Shown here piece after piece: positions 16,219 through 24,912 of a stretch of DNA of 32,000 bases. How positions within the stretch are numbered: position 1 is the stretch's first letter; every line of letters starts with the position of its first letter. The translations under genes and the position numbers were made by a program. Source of the stretch: Nitrosopumilus sp. (GTDB lineage: Archaea; Thermoproteota; Nitrososphaeria; Nitrososphaerales; Nitrosopumilaceae); contig NZ_OZ253671.1 of assembly GCF_965263415.1 (NCBI RefSeq), forward strand, positions 1,292,347-1,324,346. The letters run 5' to 3'. The notes below the pieces were generated by a model. That model was given only the letters and a program-made list of their open reading frames with translations. It searched no databases and had not been told where the DNA came from.

Positions 16219-18525
16219 ATGACAAAAACTAGCCTAGTAATATTTATGGCAGCAATCATGGTTGTCGGTACAGTTGGAATGAATCTAATTCCAAATGCTG
16301 AAGCACTAAAATCTCAAGGTACTGTTTCATCAAGTACAGATATCTGTGGATTAATGCTATGTTCTGAATACCCAGGCGGAAAAACAGCATACGAAGATGA
16401 ATGGGCAAAAATGTTCATACCATCAATTTATGGAGTTACAGCAGAAACTAAAACTGTTGAAATAAAACAAGTTTATGTTTCAGATCACAATGCTGATAAA
16501 GAATTCCCAGCCAAGCTAGATGTTTTTATCCACAAATTTGAGTTGGACAAAATATCATCTGATGAAGCATTAGATGGTATAATGGAGACGCATCAACAAT
16601 ACAAATCTGCTAGAATATCTAATGATATTATTGATGGCGTAGGTGAAAAACTTAATCACTACAATAGAGGAACATTGAATGTCGAAGAAGCTATCGAATC
16701 AATCCATTTGACAGCTGAACCACAAAATGTCAATCCTGAGTATCAGGGTGCATTAGATGAAGTGATTCACATGTTCGAGAAAGATGCAATATCAGCTGAT
16801 GAAGCTATTGATGGAATCAAAGAGACACATGCAGGCTTTGTTGATTTGTACATCACATCTGATCTTATTGAAGCAGTAGATGTAATCATTGGTCACATCG
16901 ATTCAGGTAAACTATCTGGAGCAGATGCAGTTGAAGCAGTTCACTTGACAGCTGAACCACAAAATGTCAATCCTGAGTATCAGGGTGCATTAGATGAAGT
17001 GATTCACATGTTCGAGAAAGATGCAATATCAGCTGATGAAGCTATTGATGGAATCAAAGAGACACATGCAGGCTTTGTTGATTTGTACATCACATCTGAT
17101 CTTATTGAAGCAGTAGATGTAATCATTGGTCACATCGATTCAGGTAAACTATCTGGAGCAGATGCAGTTGAAGCAGTTCACTTGACAGCTGAACCACAAA
17201 ATGTCAATCCTGAGTATCAGGGTGCATTAGATGAAGTGATTCACATGTTCGAGAAAGATGCAATATCAGCTGATGAAGCTATTGATGGAATCAAAGAGAC
17301 ACATGCAGGCTTTGTTGATTTGTACATCACATCTGATCTTATTGAAGCAGTAGATGTAATCATTGGTCACATCGATTCAGGTAAACTATCTGGAGCAGAT
17401 GCAGTTGAAGCAGTTCACTTGACAGCTGAACCACAAAATGTCAATCCTGAGTATCAGGGTGCATTAGATGAAGTGATTCACATGTTCGAGAAAGATGCAA
17501 TATCAGCTGATGAAGCTATTGATGGAATCAAAGAGACACATGCAGGCTTTGTTGATTTGTACATCACATCTGATCTTATTGAAGCAGTAGATGTAATCAT
17601 TGGTCACATCGATTCAGGTAAACTATCTGGAGCAGATGCAGTTGAAGCAGTTCACTTGACAGCTGAACCACAAAATGTCAATCCTGAGTATCAGGGTGCA
17701 TTAGATGAAGTGATTCACATGTTCGAGAAAGATGCAATATCAGCTGATGAAGCTATTGATGGAATCAAAGAGACACATGCAGGCTTTGTTGATTTGTACA
17801 TCACATCTGATCTTATTGAAGCAGTAGATGTAATCATTGGTCACATCGATTCAGGTAAACTATCTGGAGCAGATGCAGTTGAAGCAGTTCACTTGACAGC
17901 TGAACCACAAAATGTCAATCCTGAATACATGGGAGCTTTAGACGAAGTTCTACACGAGTATGAGTTAGATGGCACATCAGCAGATGATGCATTAGCAGAA
18001 ATCATCGAAATTCATGAGGGATTTACAGGATTATACATTACCTCTGAAGTCATTGAAGATGCAGGTATACAACTTAACATCTACGATACTGGTAATGTTT
18101 CTGTAGAACATGTAATTCATGAAATTCATGAAGTGATTGAAGATGCAGAACTTGCTGCAGCAGCTGCAATGTCTGATACGGGTATTCCAGTAATGAAAGA
18201 ATTGCCACCAAATCATGTCGATATACCAGTAGGTTCTGGTGTACCAGGATGTGAGGTAGATGATTGGTGTTACATGCCAGCTGATCTACATGTTCATGTT
18301 GGAGACACAGTAACATGGGTTAATTCTGATTCACTGCCACATACAGTAACTTCAGTTAGTTCTACAGGAGCAGAAAAACCTACACCTGAGGATGAAGATG
18401 GATTGTTTGATAGTGGTTTCATGTCTGGCGGCGATGAATGGTCTTATACATTCGACGTTGAAGGAGAATACTACTACTATTGCCAATTGCATCCATGGAT
18501 GGAAGGCGAAGTAACCGTTCAGTAG
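16219..18525 (+). CDS. Secreted or membrane-anchored tandem-repeat protein with C-terminal type-1 blue copper (amicyanin-like cupredoxin) domain
   Basis: 768 aa. N-terminal hydrophobic signal/anchor (aa 1-29). Seven ~79-aa acidic His-containing units (aa ~94-640; the middle five are identical). C-terminal ~110 aa (18193-18522) has ligand motifs LPHTVTS and YYYCQLHPWMEGEVTVQ (C-x2-H-x2-M, as in amicyanin CTPHPFM). TTTAAAT box about 27 nt upstream. Confidence 0.85.
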   Translation: MTKTSLVIFMAAIMVVGTVGMNLIPNAEALKSQGTVSSSTDICGLMLCSEYPGGKTAYEDEWAKMFIPSIYGVTAETKTVEIKQVYVSDHNADKEFPAKLDVFIHKFELDKISSDEALDGIMETHQQYKSARISNDIIDGVGEKLNHYNRGTLNVEEAIESIHLTAEPQNVNPEYQGALDEVIHMFEKDAISADEAIDGIKETHAGFVDLYITSDLIEAVDVIIGHIDSGKLSGADAVEAVHLTAEPQNVNPEYQGALDEVIHMFEKDAISADEAIDGIKETHAGFVDLYITSDLIEAVDVIIGHIDSGKLSGADAVEAVHLTAEPQNVNPEYQGALDEVIHMFEKDAISADEAIDGIKETHAGFVDLYITSDLIEAVDVIIGHIDSGKLSGADAVEAVHLTAEPQNVNPEYQGALDEVIHMFEKDAISADEAIDGIKETHAGFVDLYITSDLIEAVDVIIGHIDSGKLSGADAVEAVHLTAEPQNVNPEYQGALDEVIHMFEKDAISADEAIDGIKETHAGFVDLYITSDLIEAVDVIIGHIDSGKLSGADAVEAVHLTAEPQNVNPEYMGALDEVLHEYELDGTSADDALAEIIEIHEGFTGLYITSEVIEDAGIQLNIYDTGNVSVEHVIHEIHEVIEDAELAAAAAMSDTGIPVMKELPPNHVDIPVGSGVPGCEVDDWCYMPADLHVHVGDTVTWVNSDSLPHTVTSVSSTGAEKPTPEDEDGLFDSGFMSGGDEWSYTFDVEGEYYYYCQLHPWMEGEVTVQ
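16708..17924 (+). repeat. Perfect tandem repeat, period 237 bp, 5.1 copies, in-frame within the CDS
   Basis: Landmark GCTGAACCAC recurs at 16714, 16951, 17188, 17425, 17662 and 17899. The printed sequence lines are identical after a 3-nt shift per 240 nt. Identity breaks at 16707 (T vs C) and 17925 (A vs G). Diverged units flank both sides. Confidence 0.95.
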
Positions 18526-18540
18526 AAATTATTTCCACTC

Positions 18541-18557
18541 TTTTTCTTTTTATTTTT
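18541..18557 (+). terminator. Oligo-T tract downstream of the cupredoxin gene (candidate archaeal terminator)
   Basis: TTTTTCTTTTTATTTTT begins 16 nt after the stop codon. Archaeal RNAP terminates at T-runs. Confidence 0.35.
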
Positions 18558-18607
18558 ACAAACAATTCTTTCGTAAAGCTAATTAACAATCATAATTTCA
18601 TAAATTC

Positions 18608-18970
18608 ATGCCAGCCAAAGGCCCTGTTAGTATGACATGGCAAACAATTTTCTGTTTTATTCCAATAGCAGACATTGTTGCATCATACAGAGTCAAAAGA
18701 TTTCGATGGTACATGGCAATAATGCTTGCATGGGCAGCAGTCTCAACAGGAATACAAATGGTAGTGTATCCATTTGAAGAAAATTCTATTTATTCAGCAA
18801 AAGTATTCTCAGAAGAAACAGGATTCAGTTGGGGATATGCACTTTTAGGACAAAATCCAGAATTAGGAATTGTTATGATAATAGTGCATAGTGTAGTCAC
18901 ATATGCAATTGCAGTCTATCTAATTAGAAGATACTCAAAGAAATGGAATCTTCAATTCAATAACCAATAG
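18608..18970 (+). CDS. Hypothetical multi-pass membrane protein
   Basis: 120-aa ORF with about 3 hydrophobic segments (TIFCFIPIADIV, YMAIMLAWAAVSTGIQMVV, GIVMIIVHSVVTYAIAVYLI). Confidence 0.5.
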   Translation: MPAKGPVSMTWQTIFCFIPIADIVASYRVKRFRWYMAIMLAWAAVSTGIQMVVYPFEENSIYSAKVFSEETGFSWGYALLGQNPELGIVMIIVHSVVTYAIAVYLIRRYSKKWNLQFNNQ

Positions 18971-18978
18971 GGACAAAA

Positions 18979-19125
18979 ATGGGAATATTTGATCAGTTAA
19001 GAAATATGAAAACGCGTACATATTTTCTAATTTTTACGCCTCCTGCAATTATTGGATTTGTGTTGTTGTTTACTTATTGTCTTAATGTGTATGGAGATAT
19101 TTGTTTTAGAACACCAATGATTTGA
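18979..19125 (+). CDS. Possible 48-aa membrane micro-protein
   Basis: Own translation: MGIFDQLRNMKTRTYFLIFTPPAIIGFVLLFTYCLNVYGDICFRTPMI. No other support. Confidence 0.25.
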   Translation: MGIFDQLRNMKTRTYFLIFTPPAIIGFVLLFTYCLNVYGDICFRTPMI

Positions 19126-19126
19126 A

Positions 19127-19465
19127 TTACTTTTTCTTTTTACTTTTTTGAATTAAAATTTTTTTTATTCTAGAAATTGTAGGGTAACTGTATCCTCTCC
19201 TTCTATAGTTTGCAATCATCATCTTCCAGTTTTTTAATCTCCATTGAGCTTGTTCAGTAGTTACAGAATGAACTTCTTTTTGGATAATGCTCTTTCTTCC
19301 AACCTTTAGAGTTCCTGCATCTTTGGCAGACCACCTATTTTTAGCAAATTTGAGTCCAGTAAGTATTTCATCAACAGGCATCTCTTTGAAATAATCTTTG
19401 AGTTTTTTTAGTTCAGCATCTGTTGGTTTTTTAGAAATAGGTAACTCAATAGTAGGTTTTACCAT
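19127..19465 (-). CDS. Basic hypothetical protein
   Basis: 112-aa ORF with ATG start and a basic C-terminus (YRRRGYSYPTISRIKKILIQKSKKKK). No family recognised. Confidence 0.5.
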   Translation of the reverse strand: MVKPTIELPISKKPTDAELKKLKDYFKEMPVDEILTGLKFAKNRWSAKDAGTLKVGRKSIIQKEVHSVTTEQAQWRLKNWKMMIANYRRRGYSYPTISRIKKILIQKSKKKK

Positions 19466-19537
19466 GAATAACCTAGTTTGTTATGTCTTAAGAAAATCAT
19501 GATAAATCAGAATTAACTAAAGATGGAAATTATTGAG

Positions 19538-19657
19538 TCAACATGGAAGTGGAACAAGAGCATTTTTGCACAATGTCATATACATTCCTGAACCAAGAAT
19601 TATTGCGGCAAATGCTGCTAACGGCATTAAAATAAACAGATTAGTTTTCTTGCCCAT
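19538..19657 (-). CDS. Possible 39-aa membrane micro-protein
   Basis: Own translation: MGKKTNLFILMPLAAFAAIILGSGMYMTLCKNALVPLPC. Confidence 0.25.
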   Translation of the reverse strand: MGKKTNLFILMPLAAFAAIILGSGMYMTLCKNALVPLPC

Positions 19658-19696
19658 GATCAAAATACAATTAATCACTATAAAATTGTCACAGTT

Positions 19697-20113
19697 TTAA
19701 TCAACTGTAATAGTAAAGGTTCCTTTAGTTTTAGGATCTTGTAACAAAGAAACCATTTCTCGTGGCAACAAATCAGAGGCCTTGTCGCATTTTACAGCCA
19801 AAGTTCTAGGACATACAAAATCACTTTTTCGAATTACAATATCCTCATCATGGGTAAGAATTAGATCAGGGTGGCCTTTTCCTTCCACAGTGAAATTGTG
19901 CTTGCCCACATCAATTGAGAATGTAATTTTTGAATCAGAATTTTTTAATTTCTCTTTTAGATCTTGTGGTAAATCAGCACATGCGTAATTTGCGTTTATA
20001 CCAACGATACAATCACCTTGAGGTGTCAAAGTAGACTCTTTTGTAATCTCGATAGTTTTTTGGTGATTTGATCTAATATTTTCATGTCCTGAAAATTCAA
20101 TTTCGAATCTCAC
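19697..20113 (-). CDS. Conserved archaeal protein, DUF371-like
   Basis: 138 aa. N-terminal FSGHENIRSNHQKTIEITKESTLTPQGDCIVGINA matches my recollection of the DUF371 pattern (GHxNIRAxHxTTxEITKE..LTxRGDCIIGV). Confidence 0.55.
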   Translation of the reverse strand: MRFEIEFSGHENIRSNHQKTIEITKESTLTPQGDCIVGINANYACADLPQDLKEKLKNSDSKITFSIDVGKHNFTVEGKGHPDLILTHDEDIVIRKSDFVCPRTLAVKCDKASDLLPREMVSLLQDPKTKGTFTITVD

Positions 20114-20165
20114 GGCAAATTAGATAGGCTAGACTTAAATTAAACTTTCAGAGCATTGGAATCAA

Positions 20166-20903
20166 ATGCTTCCTGCACAACAAGGTTATGATAGAGCAAT
20201 CACAGTATTCTCACCAGATGGCAGATTGTACCAAGTCGAATATGCAATCGAGACTGTAAGAAGAGGAACAATTGCAGTGGGTGTAAAATGTAAAGATGGT
20301 ATCGTAATTGCAGTTGAAGAAAAACCAAGAAAATTACAAATTTCCAAAACAGCACAAAAGATTTTCCAAATTGATGATCATGTTGGAGTGGCTGCAGCAG
20401 GATATATTCCAGATGCTAGAAGTCAAGTTGACAATGCAAGATTCTTTTCTCAAAGTAACAAAATGATTTATGATGAACCAGTAGAAGTTGAAACAATTGC
20501 TAAACACTTAGCTGATCAATCTCAACAATATACCCAATATGCAGGTGTAAGACCATTTGGTGTTGCATTAATTCTTGGCGGAGTTGTCGGAGGTAAGCCA
20601 CAATTGTATTTGACTGACCCAAGTGGAACATACATCTCATATGATGCAATTGCAATTGGTTCAGGTTCTGATGAAGTAACTGACTTTTTAGAAAAAACAT
20701 ACAAGAATGATCTTTCATTAGATGATGCATCTGCATTAGCAGCTGCAGGAATTTATCTATCAAGTGAAGACAAAGATGGGACAGGCCACATCAGAATGGC
20801 ACATATCAAAACAGATACTGGTTTATACGAAATAGTTTCAGATGAGCAAATTGCAAATTATGCAAATGCTGCAAAACAAAACTATCCACACGACAAGAAC
20901 TAA
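20166..20903 (+). CDS. psmA: Proteasome subunit alpha
   Basis: 245 aa. Signature YDRAITVFSPDGRLYQVEYA at the N-terminus. Confidence 0.95.
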   Translation: MLPAQQGYDRAITVFSPDGRLYQVEYAIETVRRGTIAVGVKCKDGIVIAVEEKPRKLQISKTAQKIFQIDDHVGVAAAGYIPDARSQVDNARFFSQSNKMIYDEPVEVETIAKHLADQSQQYTQYAGVRPFGVALILGGVVGGKPQLYLTDPSGTYISYDAIAIGSGSDEVTDFLEKTYKNDLSLDDASALAAAGIYLSSEDKDGTGHIRMAHIKTDTGLYEIVSDEQIANYANAAKQNYPHDKN

Positions 20904-20934
20904 TTATTTTATCTGTTTGTGAGACTCGATTATA

Positions 20935-21747
20935 TTGAAATTATCCGTTGCAATTCCTGAATCTTCTCTATCAGATGAATCCCTAAAGATAGACAAGACT
21001 AGAAAAATTTCAGTTCTAGCAAGAGCATGTGCAATTTTTAAAATTGAGACAATCTATGTCTATCAAGAAGGTAACAATAAACAAGATGGAAATTTAATGG
21101 TAATGATTCTAAAATATTTAGAAACACCACAGTTTTTGAGACGAAGGCTGTTTTCAAAAGTAAATGATTTAAAATTTGCAGGAGTTTTACAACCACTAAG
21201 AATACCAAGTCATGTTACACTAGCAAATCCAAAGAAAGTAAGTAAAGGAGATGTTAGAGAAGGAATAGTAGTAAGTGTCAAAGGAAAAAGGTTTGTAGAT
21301 GTAGGAATTAACCAATTGATTCCATTTTTTGGTAAAACATCAATGGGAAAAAGAGTAACAGTGCAATTCAAAGAAGGGTATCCAAATTTTTCAATTAAAG
21401 AAATCAATAGAAATGAAACGCCAGATTATTGGGGATATACAGTCAAAGAACGAGCAAATCTGTTTTCGTTATTATCAGAATGGAAAGGGAACATAATTCT
21501 TACATCAAGAAAAGGTAAAACAGCAACAAAAGAACAAATTGCAAAATATACAAAGTCAGATCAACCAACACTCGTAGTGTTTGGTTCACCTGAGAAAGGA
21601 ATTCATGAAATTCTGGGAGGGAAGATGAAAAATGTGCAAAATGCAAAGTCGCTAAACTTTTTCCCAAACCAAGCCACACAGACAGTACGCTTAGAAGAAG
21701 CATTACTTGGAACATTATCAATAATTAATGCACAAAATGTATCATGA
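20935..21747 (+). CDS. Putative SPOUT-class RNA methyltransferase (COG2106/DUF171 type with inserted OB-like domain)
   Basis: 270 aa. LSVAIPESSLSDE..KTRKISVLARACAIFKIETIYVY and C-terminal LVVFGSPEKG..LNFFPNQATQTVRLEEAL fit that family as I recall it. TTG start. Confidence 0.6.
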   Translation: MKLSVAIPESSLSDESLKIDKTRKISVLARACAIFKIETIYVYQEGNNKQDGNLMVMILKYLETPQFLRRRLFSKVNDLKFAGVLQPLRIPSHVTLANPKKVSKGDVREGIVVSVKGKRFVDVGINQLIPFFGKTSMGKRVTVQFKEGYPNFSIKEINRNETPDYWGYTVKERANLFSLLSEWKGNIILTSRKGKTATKEQIAKYTKSDQPTLVVFGSPEKGIHEILGGKMKNVQNAKSLNFFPNQATQTVRLEEALLGTLSIINAQNVS

Positions 21748-21860
21748 TCATGGCAGAAAGAAAAAATTTTTTGTTGTTGGCAATTGGTGTTGGAGCAGCA
21801 GGAATTGTTATTGGTACAATTACAATTTGGAACATGTTAAATGAAATTCTAAATATTTGA
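21744..21860 (+). CDS. Possible 38-aa single-TM micro-protein, ATGA-overlapped with the upstream gene
   Basis: Own translation: MIMAERKNFLLLAIGVGAAGIVIGTITIWNMLNEILNI. Its ATG (21744-21746) overlaps the TGA stop (21745-21747) of the methyltransferase gene. Confidence 0.3.
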   Translation: MIMAERKNFLLLAIGVGAAGIVIGTITIWNMLNEILNI

Positions 21861-21952
21861 TTTTTAGGCACAGTTGGTTAACTAGTATTTTTTTAGTGGT
21901 TAACCATGTCTCACAGGGTTTAATAGAGGGCAATCGATGATGCGTTTTAGTC

Positions 21953-22948
21953 ATGGGTGCTAGAAAAAGACATTCACCACGTAGAGGAAGCCTTGCGTAT
22001 TCACCTAGAGTACGTGCTAAAAGCATGGAGGCAAGAATCCGAGCATGGCCAAAATTAGATTCAGAAGAGCCAAAAATTTTAGCTCATTGTGGTTTCAAAG
22101 CAGGGTGTGTTCAGATTGTCAGTATTGATGATCGTGAGAAAGTACCTAATGCAGGAAAACAACTAGTAAGTCTTGGAACAGTTTTAGTTACACCACCAGT
22201 ATTGATTTTAGGAATTAGAGGTTACTCAAAAGATCATGACGGCCGACATGCAGAGTTTGATGTTTATGCAGAAGATATTCCAAAAAGCATTGCTAAAGAA
22301 ATTTCATTAAAGAACAAACAAGAAAATGCATTAGAGAATGCAGAAAAAAGTTTGAAAAAGATTAAAGAGATTTTTGCAATTGTTGCAATATCTCCTAGTG
22401 CTGCAGGACTTGAGCAAAAGAAACCATACATCTTTGAAGCTTCAGTAAGTGGAGGAGACATTCCAAAACAATTTTCACATGTCAAAGAATTACTTGGAAA
22501 AGAAATTAAGATTGATCAGATTTTTGAAACAGGAGCAAGTGTTGACGTTGCAGCTATTACAAAAGGTAAAGGATGGCAAGGTGTTTTGAAAAGATGGAAC
22601 GTAAAAAAGAAACAACACAAATCAAGAAAGACAGTTAGAGAAGTTGGGTCACTAGGTCCAATCTCACCACAAAGTGTCATGTACACAGTTCCAAGAGCAG
22701 GACAATTCGGATTCCATCAAAGAGTAGAATACGACAAAAGAATTATGATTATGGGTAACACTGATGATGATAAATTAAAAATTAATCCAGATGGAGGTTT
22801 CAAACATTTTGGTTTAGTTAAAGGAGACTTTATTATTCTAAAAGGTTCAGTTCCTGGAGCATATAGAAGATTAATCAAACTAAGAAGTCAAATCAGAAAT
22901 GTTCCAGACAAAGTCAACAAACCAAATATCTTGGAGGTAGTAGTATGA
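21953..22948 (+). CDS. rpl3: 50S ribosomal protein uL3
   Basis: MGARKRHSPRRGSLAYSPRVRA N-terminus and W..KKK.HKSRK block. First gene of the operon; TTTAATA box about 30 nt upstream. Confidence 0.95.
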   Translation: MGARKRHSPRRGSLAYSPRVRAKSMEARIRAWPKLDSEEPKILAHCGFKAGCVQIVSIDDREKVPNAGKQLVSLGTVLVTPPVLILGIRGYSKDHDGRHAEFDVYAEDIPKSIAKEISLKNKQENALENAEKSLKKIKEIFAIVAISPSAAGLEQKKPYIFEASVSGGDIPKQFSHVKELLGKEIKIDQIFETGASVDVAAITKGKGWQGVLKRWNVKKKQHKSRKTVREVGSLGPISPQSVMYTVPRAGQFGFHQRVEYDKRIMIMGNTDDDKLKINPDGGFKHFGLVKGDFIILKGSVPGAYRRLIKLRSQIRNVPDKVNKPNILEVVV

Positions 22949-23760
22949 CCAAGACAGCAGTATACACAACAACTGGAACAAAAGATGGAGAAGTAGAATT
23001 ACCACCAGTATTTTCTACACCATTTAGAAGAGAATTGATTCACAAAGCTTTCACTAATCTTACATCACACAAATTCCAACCACAAGGAAGGCATCCAACT
23101 GCAGGACAAGATGTAGTAGCAGATTCCAATGATCCACCAACAGGTCAAGGTGTTTCTCGTGTTGCCAGAGCACAAGGCGGAGGTGGTGGAAGACAAGGCC
23201 AAGGTGCGGAAGTTGCATCAACTAGAGGAGGAAGACAAGCACATCCACCTATTGTTGAAAAAGTAATTTACAAAAAATTAAACAAAAAAGAAAAGAAACT
23301 AGCATTGTGTTCTGCAATTGCTGCAACTGCATCAAAAGACAGAGTTGAATCAAGAGGACATAAAGTAGAAGGAATAGAGTCATTCCCAATTGTAGTTTCA
23401 GATGATATCGAATCAGTATCTAAAACAAGTGAAGTATCCAAAATACTTGATTCATTAAAACTAACACAAGATGTACAAAGATTAGAAACAAGAAAAGTAC
23501 GTTCTGGACAATCAAGACTTAGAGGAAGAAGTAAGAAAGTTGGAAAGAGTGTATTATTTGTAACTAAAGATGCATCAAACATTTCAAAAGCAATTGGTGC
23601 ACTACCAGGTGTAGAAGCAACAAGTGTTAAAGATTTGAGTGTATTAGATTTAGCACCAGGTTCTGATCCAATTAGATTAACCGTTTATTCCAAATCTGCA
23701 ATTGAAGAAATTGGAAAAATAAAATCAACACATCTAGAGGTAATGGCGAAAGTACAATGA
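22945..23760 (+). CDS. rpl4: 50S ribosomal protein uL4
   Basis: L4/L1e pattern (GRHPTAGQ...GQGVSRVARAQGGGGGRQGQGA...GGRQAHPP). ATGA overlap with rpl3. Confidence 0.95.
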   Translation: MTKTAVYTTTGTKDGEVELPPVFSTPFRRELIHKAFTNLTSHKFQPQGRHPTAGQDVVADSNDPPTGQGVSRVARAQGGGGGRQGQGAEVASTRGGRQAHPPIVEKVIYKKLNKKEKKLALCSAIAATASKDRVESRGHKVEGIESFPIVVSDDIESVSKTSEVSKILDSLKLTQDVQRLETRKVRSGQSRLRGRSKKVGKSVLFVTKDASNISKAIGALPGVEATSVKDLSVLDLAPGSDPIRLTVYSKSAIEEIGKIKSTHLEVMAKVQ

Positions 23761-24023
23761 ATGTAGATCAAGCAAGTAAAATCATACTCAAACCATACAT
23801 TACTGAAAAGACATTTGCAATGGTAGAAAATGAAAGTAAAATTTGTTTCATAGTAGAGAGATCAGCAAGCAAACCAGAGATTGTTGATGCAGTTAACACA
23901 CTATACAAAGAAAAAGTCACTAACGTCAACACAGCAAGAACCATTTACGGTAAGAAAGCATTTGTTCAATTCGAAAATACAGAAAAAGCAAGAGACCTCG
24001 CAACAAGGATAGGAATGCTATAA
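23757..24023 (+). CDS. rpl23: 50S ribosomal protein uL23
   Basis: 88 aa. ILKPYITEKTF...FIVERSASKPEI pattern; ATGA overlap with rpl4. Confidence 0.9.
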   Translation: MNVDQASKIILKPYITEKTFAMVENESKICFIVERSASKPEIVDAVNTLYKEKVTNVNTARTIYGKKAFVQFENTEKARDLATRIGML

Positions 24024-24050
24024 TAGGGAGCTAGAAGGTGAAGAACAAAA

Positions 24051-24446
24051 ATGGTTAAAGAATTTTCATACAGAGGCATTCCAAAAGAAGAACTTGATAA
24101 CATGTCATTAGAAAAATTATTCCAGTTATTCAATGCAAGACAAAGAAGATCTCTTACCAGAGGAATTAATGATGGTAAAAGAAAATTAATTGAAGAGATC
24201 AAAGCAGCAAAAGCAGGAAAATTAAAGAATCCAATCAAGACTCATGTTAGAGATTTGATTATCCTACCATACATGGTAGATGTTACAGTAAATGTTTTCT
24301 CAGGAAAAGAATTCCGACCAGTTACAATCAAAACTGAAATGATTGGTCACTACTTGGGAGAATATGTCATAACAAACAAGAAGGTTTCACACGGTGCACC
24401 AGGTGTTGGTGCATCAAGATCCAGCCTTTATGTGCCATTGAAGTGA
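24051..24446 (+). CDS. rps19: 30S ribosomal protein uS19
   Basis: 131 aa. FSYRGIPKEELDNMSLEKL..NARQRRSL.RG and GHYLGEY blocks. GGTGA Shine-Dalgarno about 10 nt upstream. Confidence 0.95.
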   Translation: MVKEFSYRGIPKEELDNMSLEKLFQLFNARQRRSLTRGINDGKRKLIEEIKAAKAGKLKNPIKTHVRDLIILPYMVDVTVNVFSGKEFRPVTIKTEMIGHYLGEYVITNKKVSHGAPGVGASRSSLYVPLK

Positions 24447-24910
24447 TTATTATGGGTAGATTCGGTTACGCTTTCCAAAATTATGATGCAACAAGACATG
24501 TACGCTCTTCAGTTAGAGAAAAAGACATGTCACACAAACATGCAAGAGAAGTTGCAGTTGCAATCAAAGGACTATCAATTGAGAAAGCAAGAGATTACTT
24601 GCAAGCAGTAATACACAAAGAAAGAGCAGTTGCATTTAGAAGATACAAAAACCAAGTAGGACACAAAGGAGATCCTGGTATGATGGCAGGACGTTATCCA
24701 CAAAAAACAGCAAAAGAATTCATCAAAGTTTTAGATAATTTAGAATCAAATGCAGAATACAAAGGAATGGATTTAGATAGATTAAAGATTGTAAACGCAA
24801 CTGTTCACAAAGGAGTTATTGTAAAGAGATTCATCCCAAGAGCAATGGGAAGAGCAACTCCAAAGAACAACGTATTGACACATGTAGAGTTGGTGGCTCA
24901 GGAGATTTAG
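24443..24910 (+). CDS. rpl22: 50S ribosomal protein uL22
   Basis: L22/L17e pattern ([34 protein letters not shown]). GTG at 24443 overlaps the rps19 stop; in-frame ATG at 24452 is an alternative start. Confidence 0.9.
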   Translation: MIIMGRFGYAFQNYDATRHVRSSVREKDMSHKHAREVAVAIKGLSIEKARDYLQAVIHKERAVAFRRYKNQVGHKGDPGMMAGRYPQKTAKEFIKVLDNLESNAEYKGMDLDRLKIVNATVHKGVIVKRFIPRAMGRATPKNNVLTHVELVAQEI

Positions 24911-24912
24911 AA

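Noticed and set aside
16708-17924. CRISPR array interpretation of the regular repeats (also considered for the palindromes at 30185-30920)
   Set aside because: The 237-bp units are contiguous with no unique spacers and are in-frame coding sequence. The 30-bp palindromes are 42 and 606 bp apart, with genes between them. No cas genes or leader are present.
9250-21721. Other antisense or alternate-frame ORFs opposite recognised genes (9250-9795 in bioB, 11254-11448 in bioF, 12208-12564 in ccdA, 13288-13827 in the DipZ-like gene, 14396-14707 in cdvB, 18031-18316 in the cupredoxin gene, 19782-19988 in DUF371, 20500-20763 in psmA, 21210-21721 in the SPOUT gene)
   Set aside because: They are nested in or opposite genes with clear homology-type motifs. 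AT-rich genomes throw up long spurious antisense frames, and nothing supports them independently.
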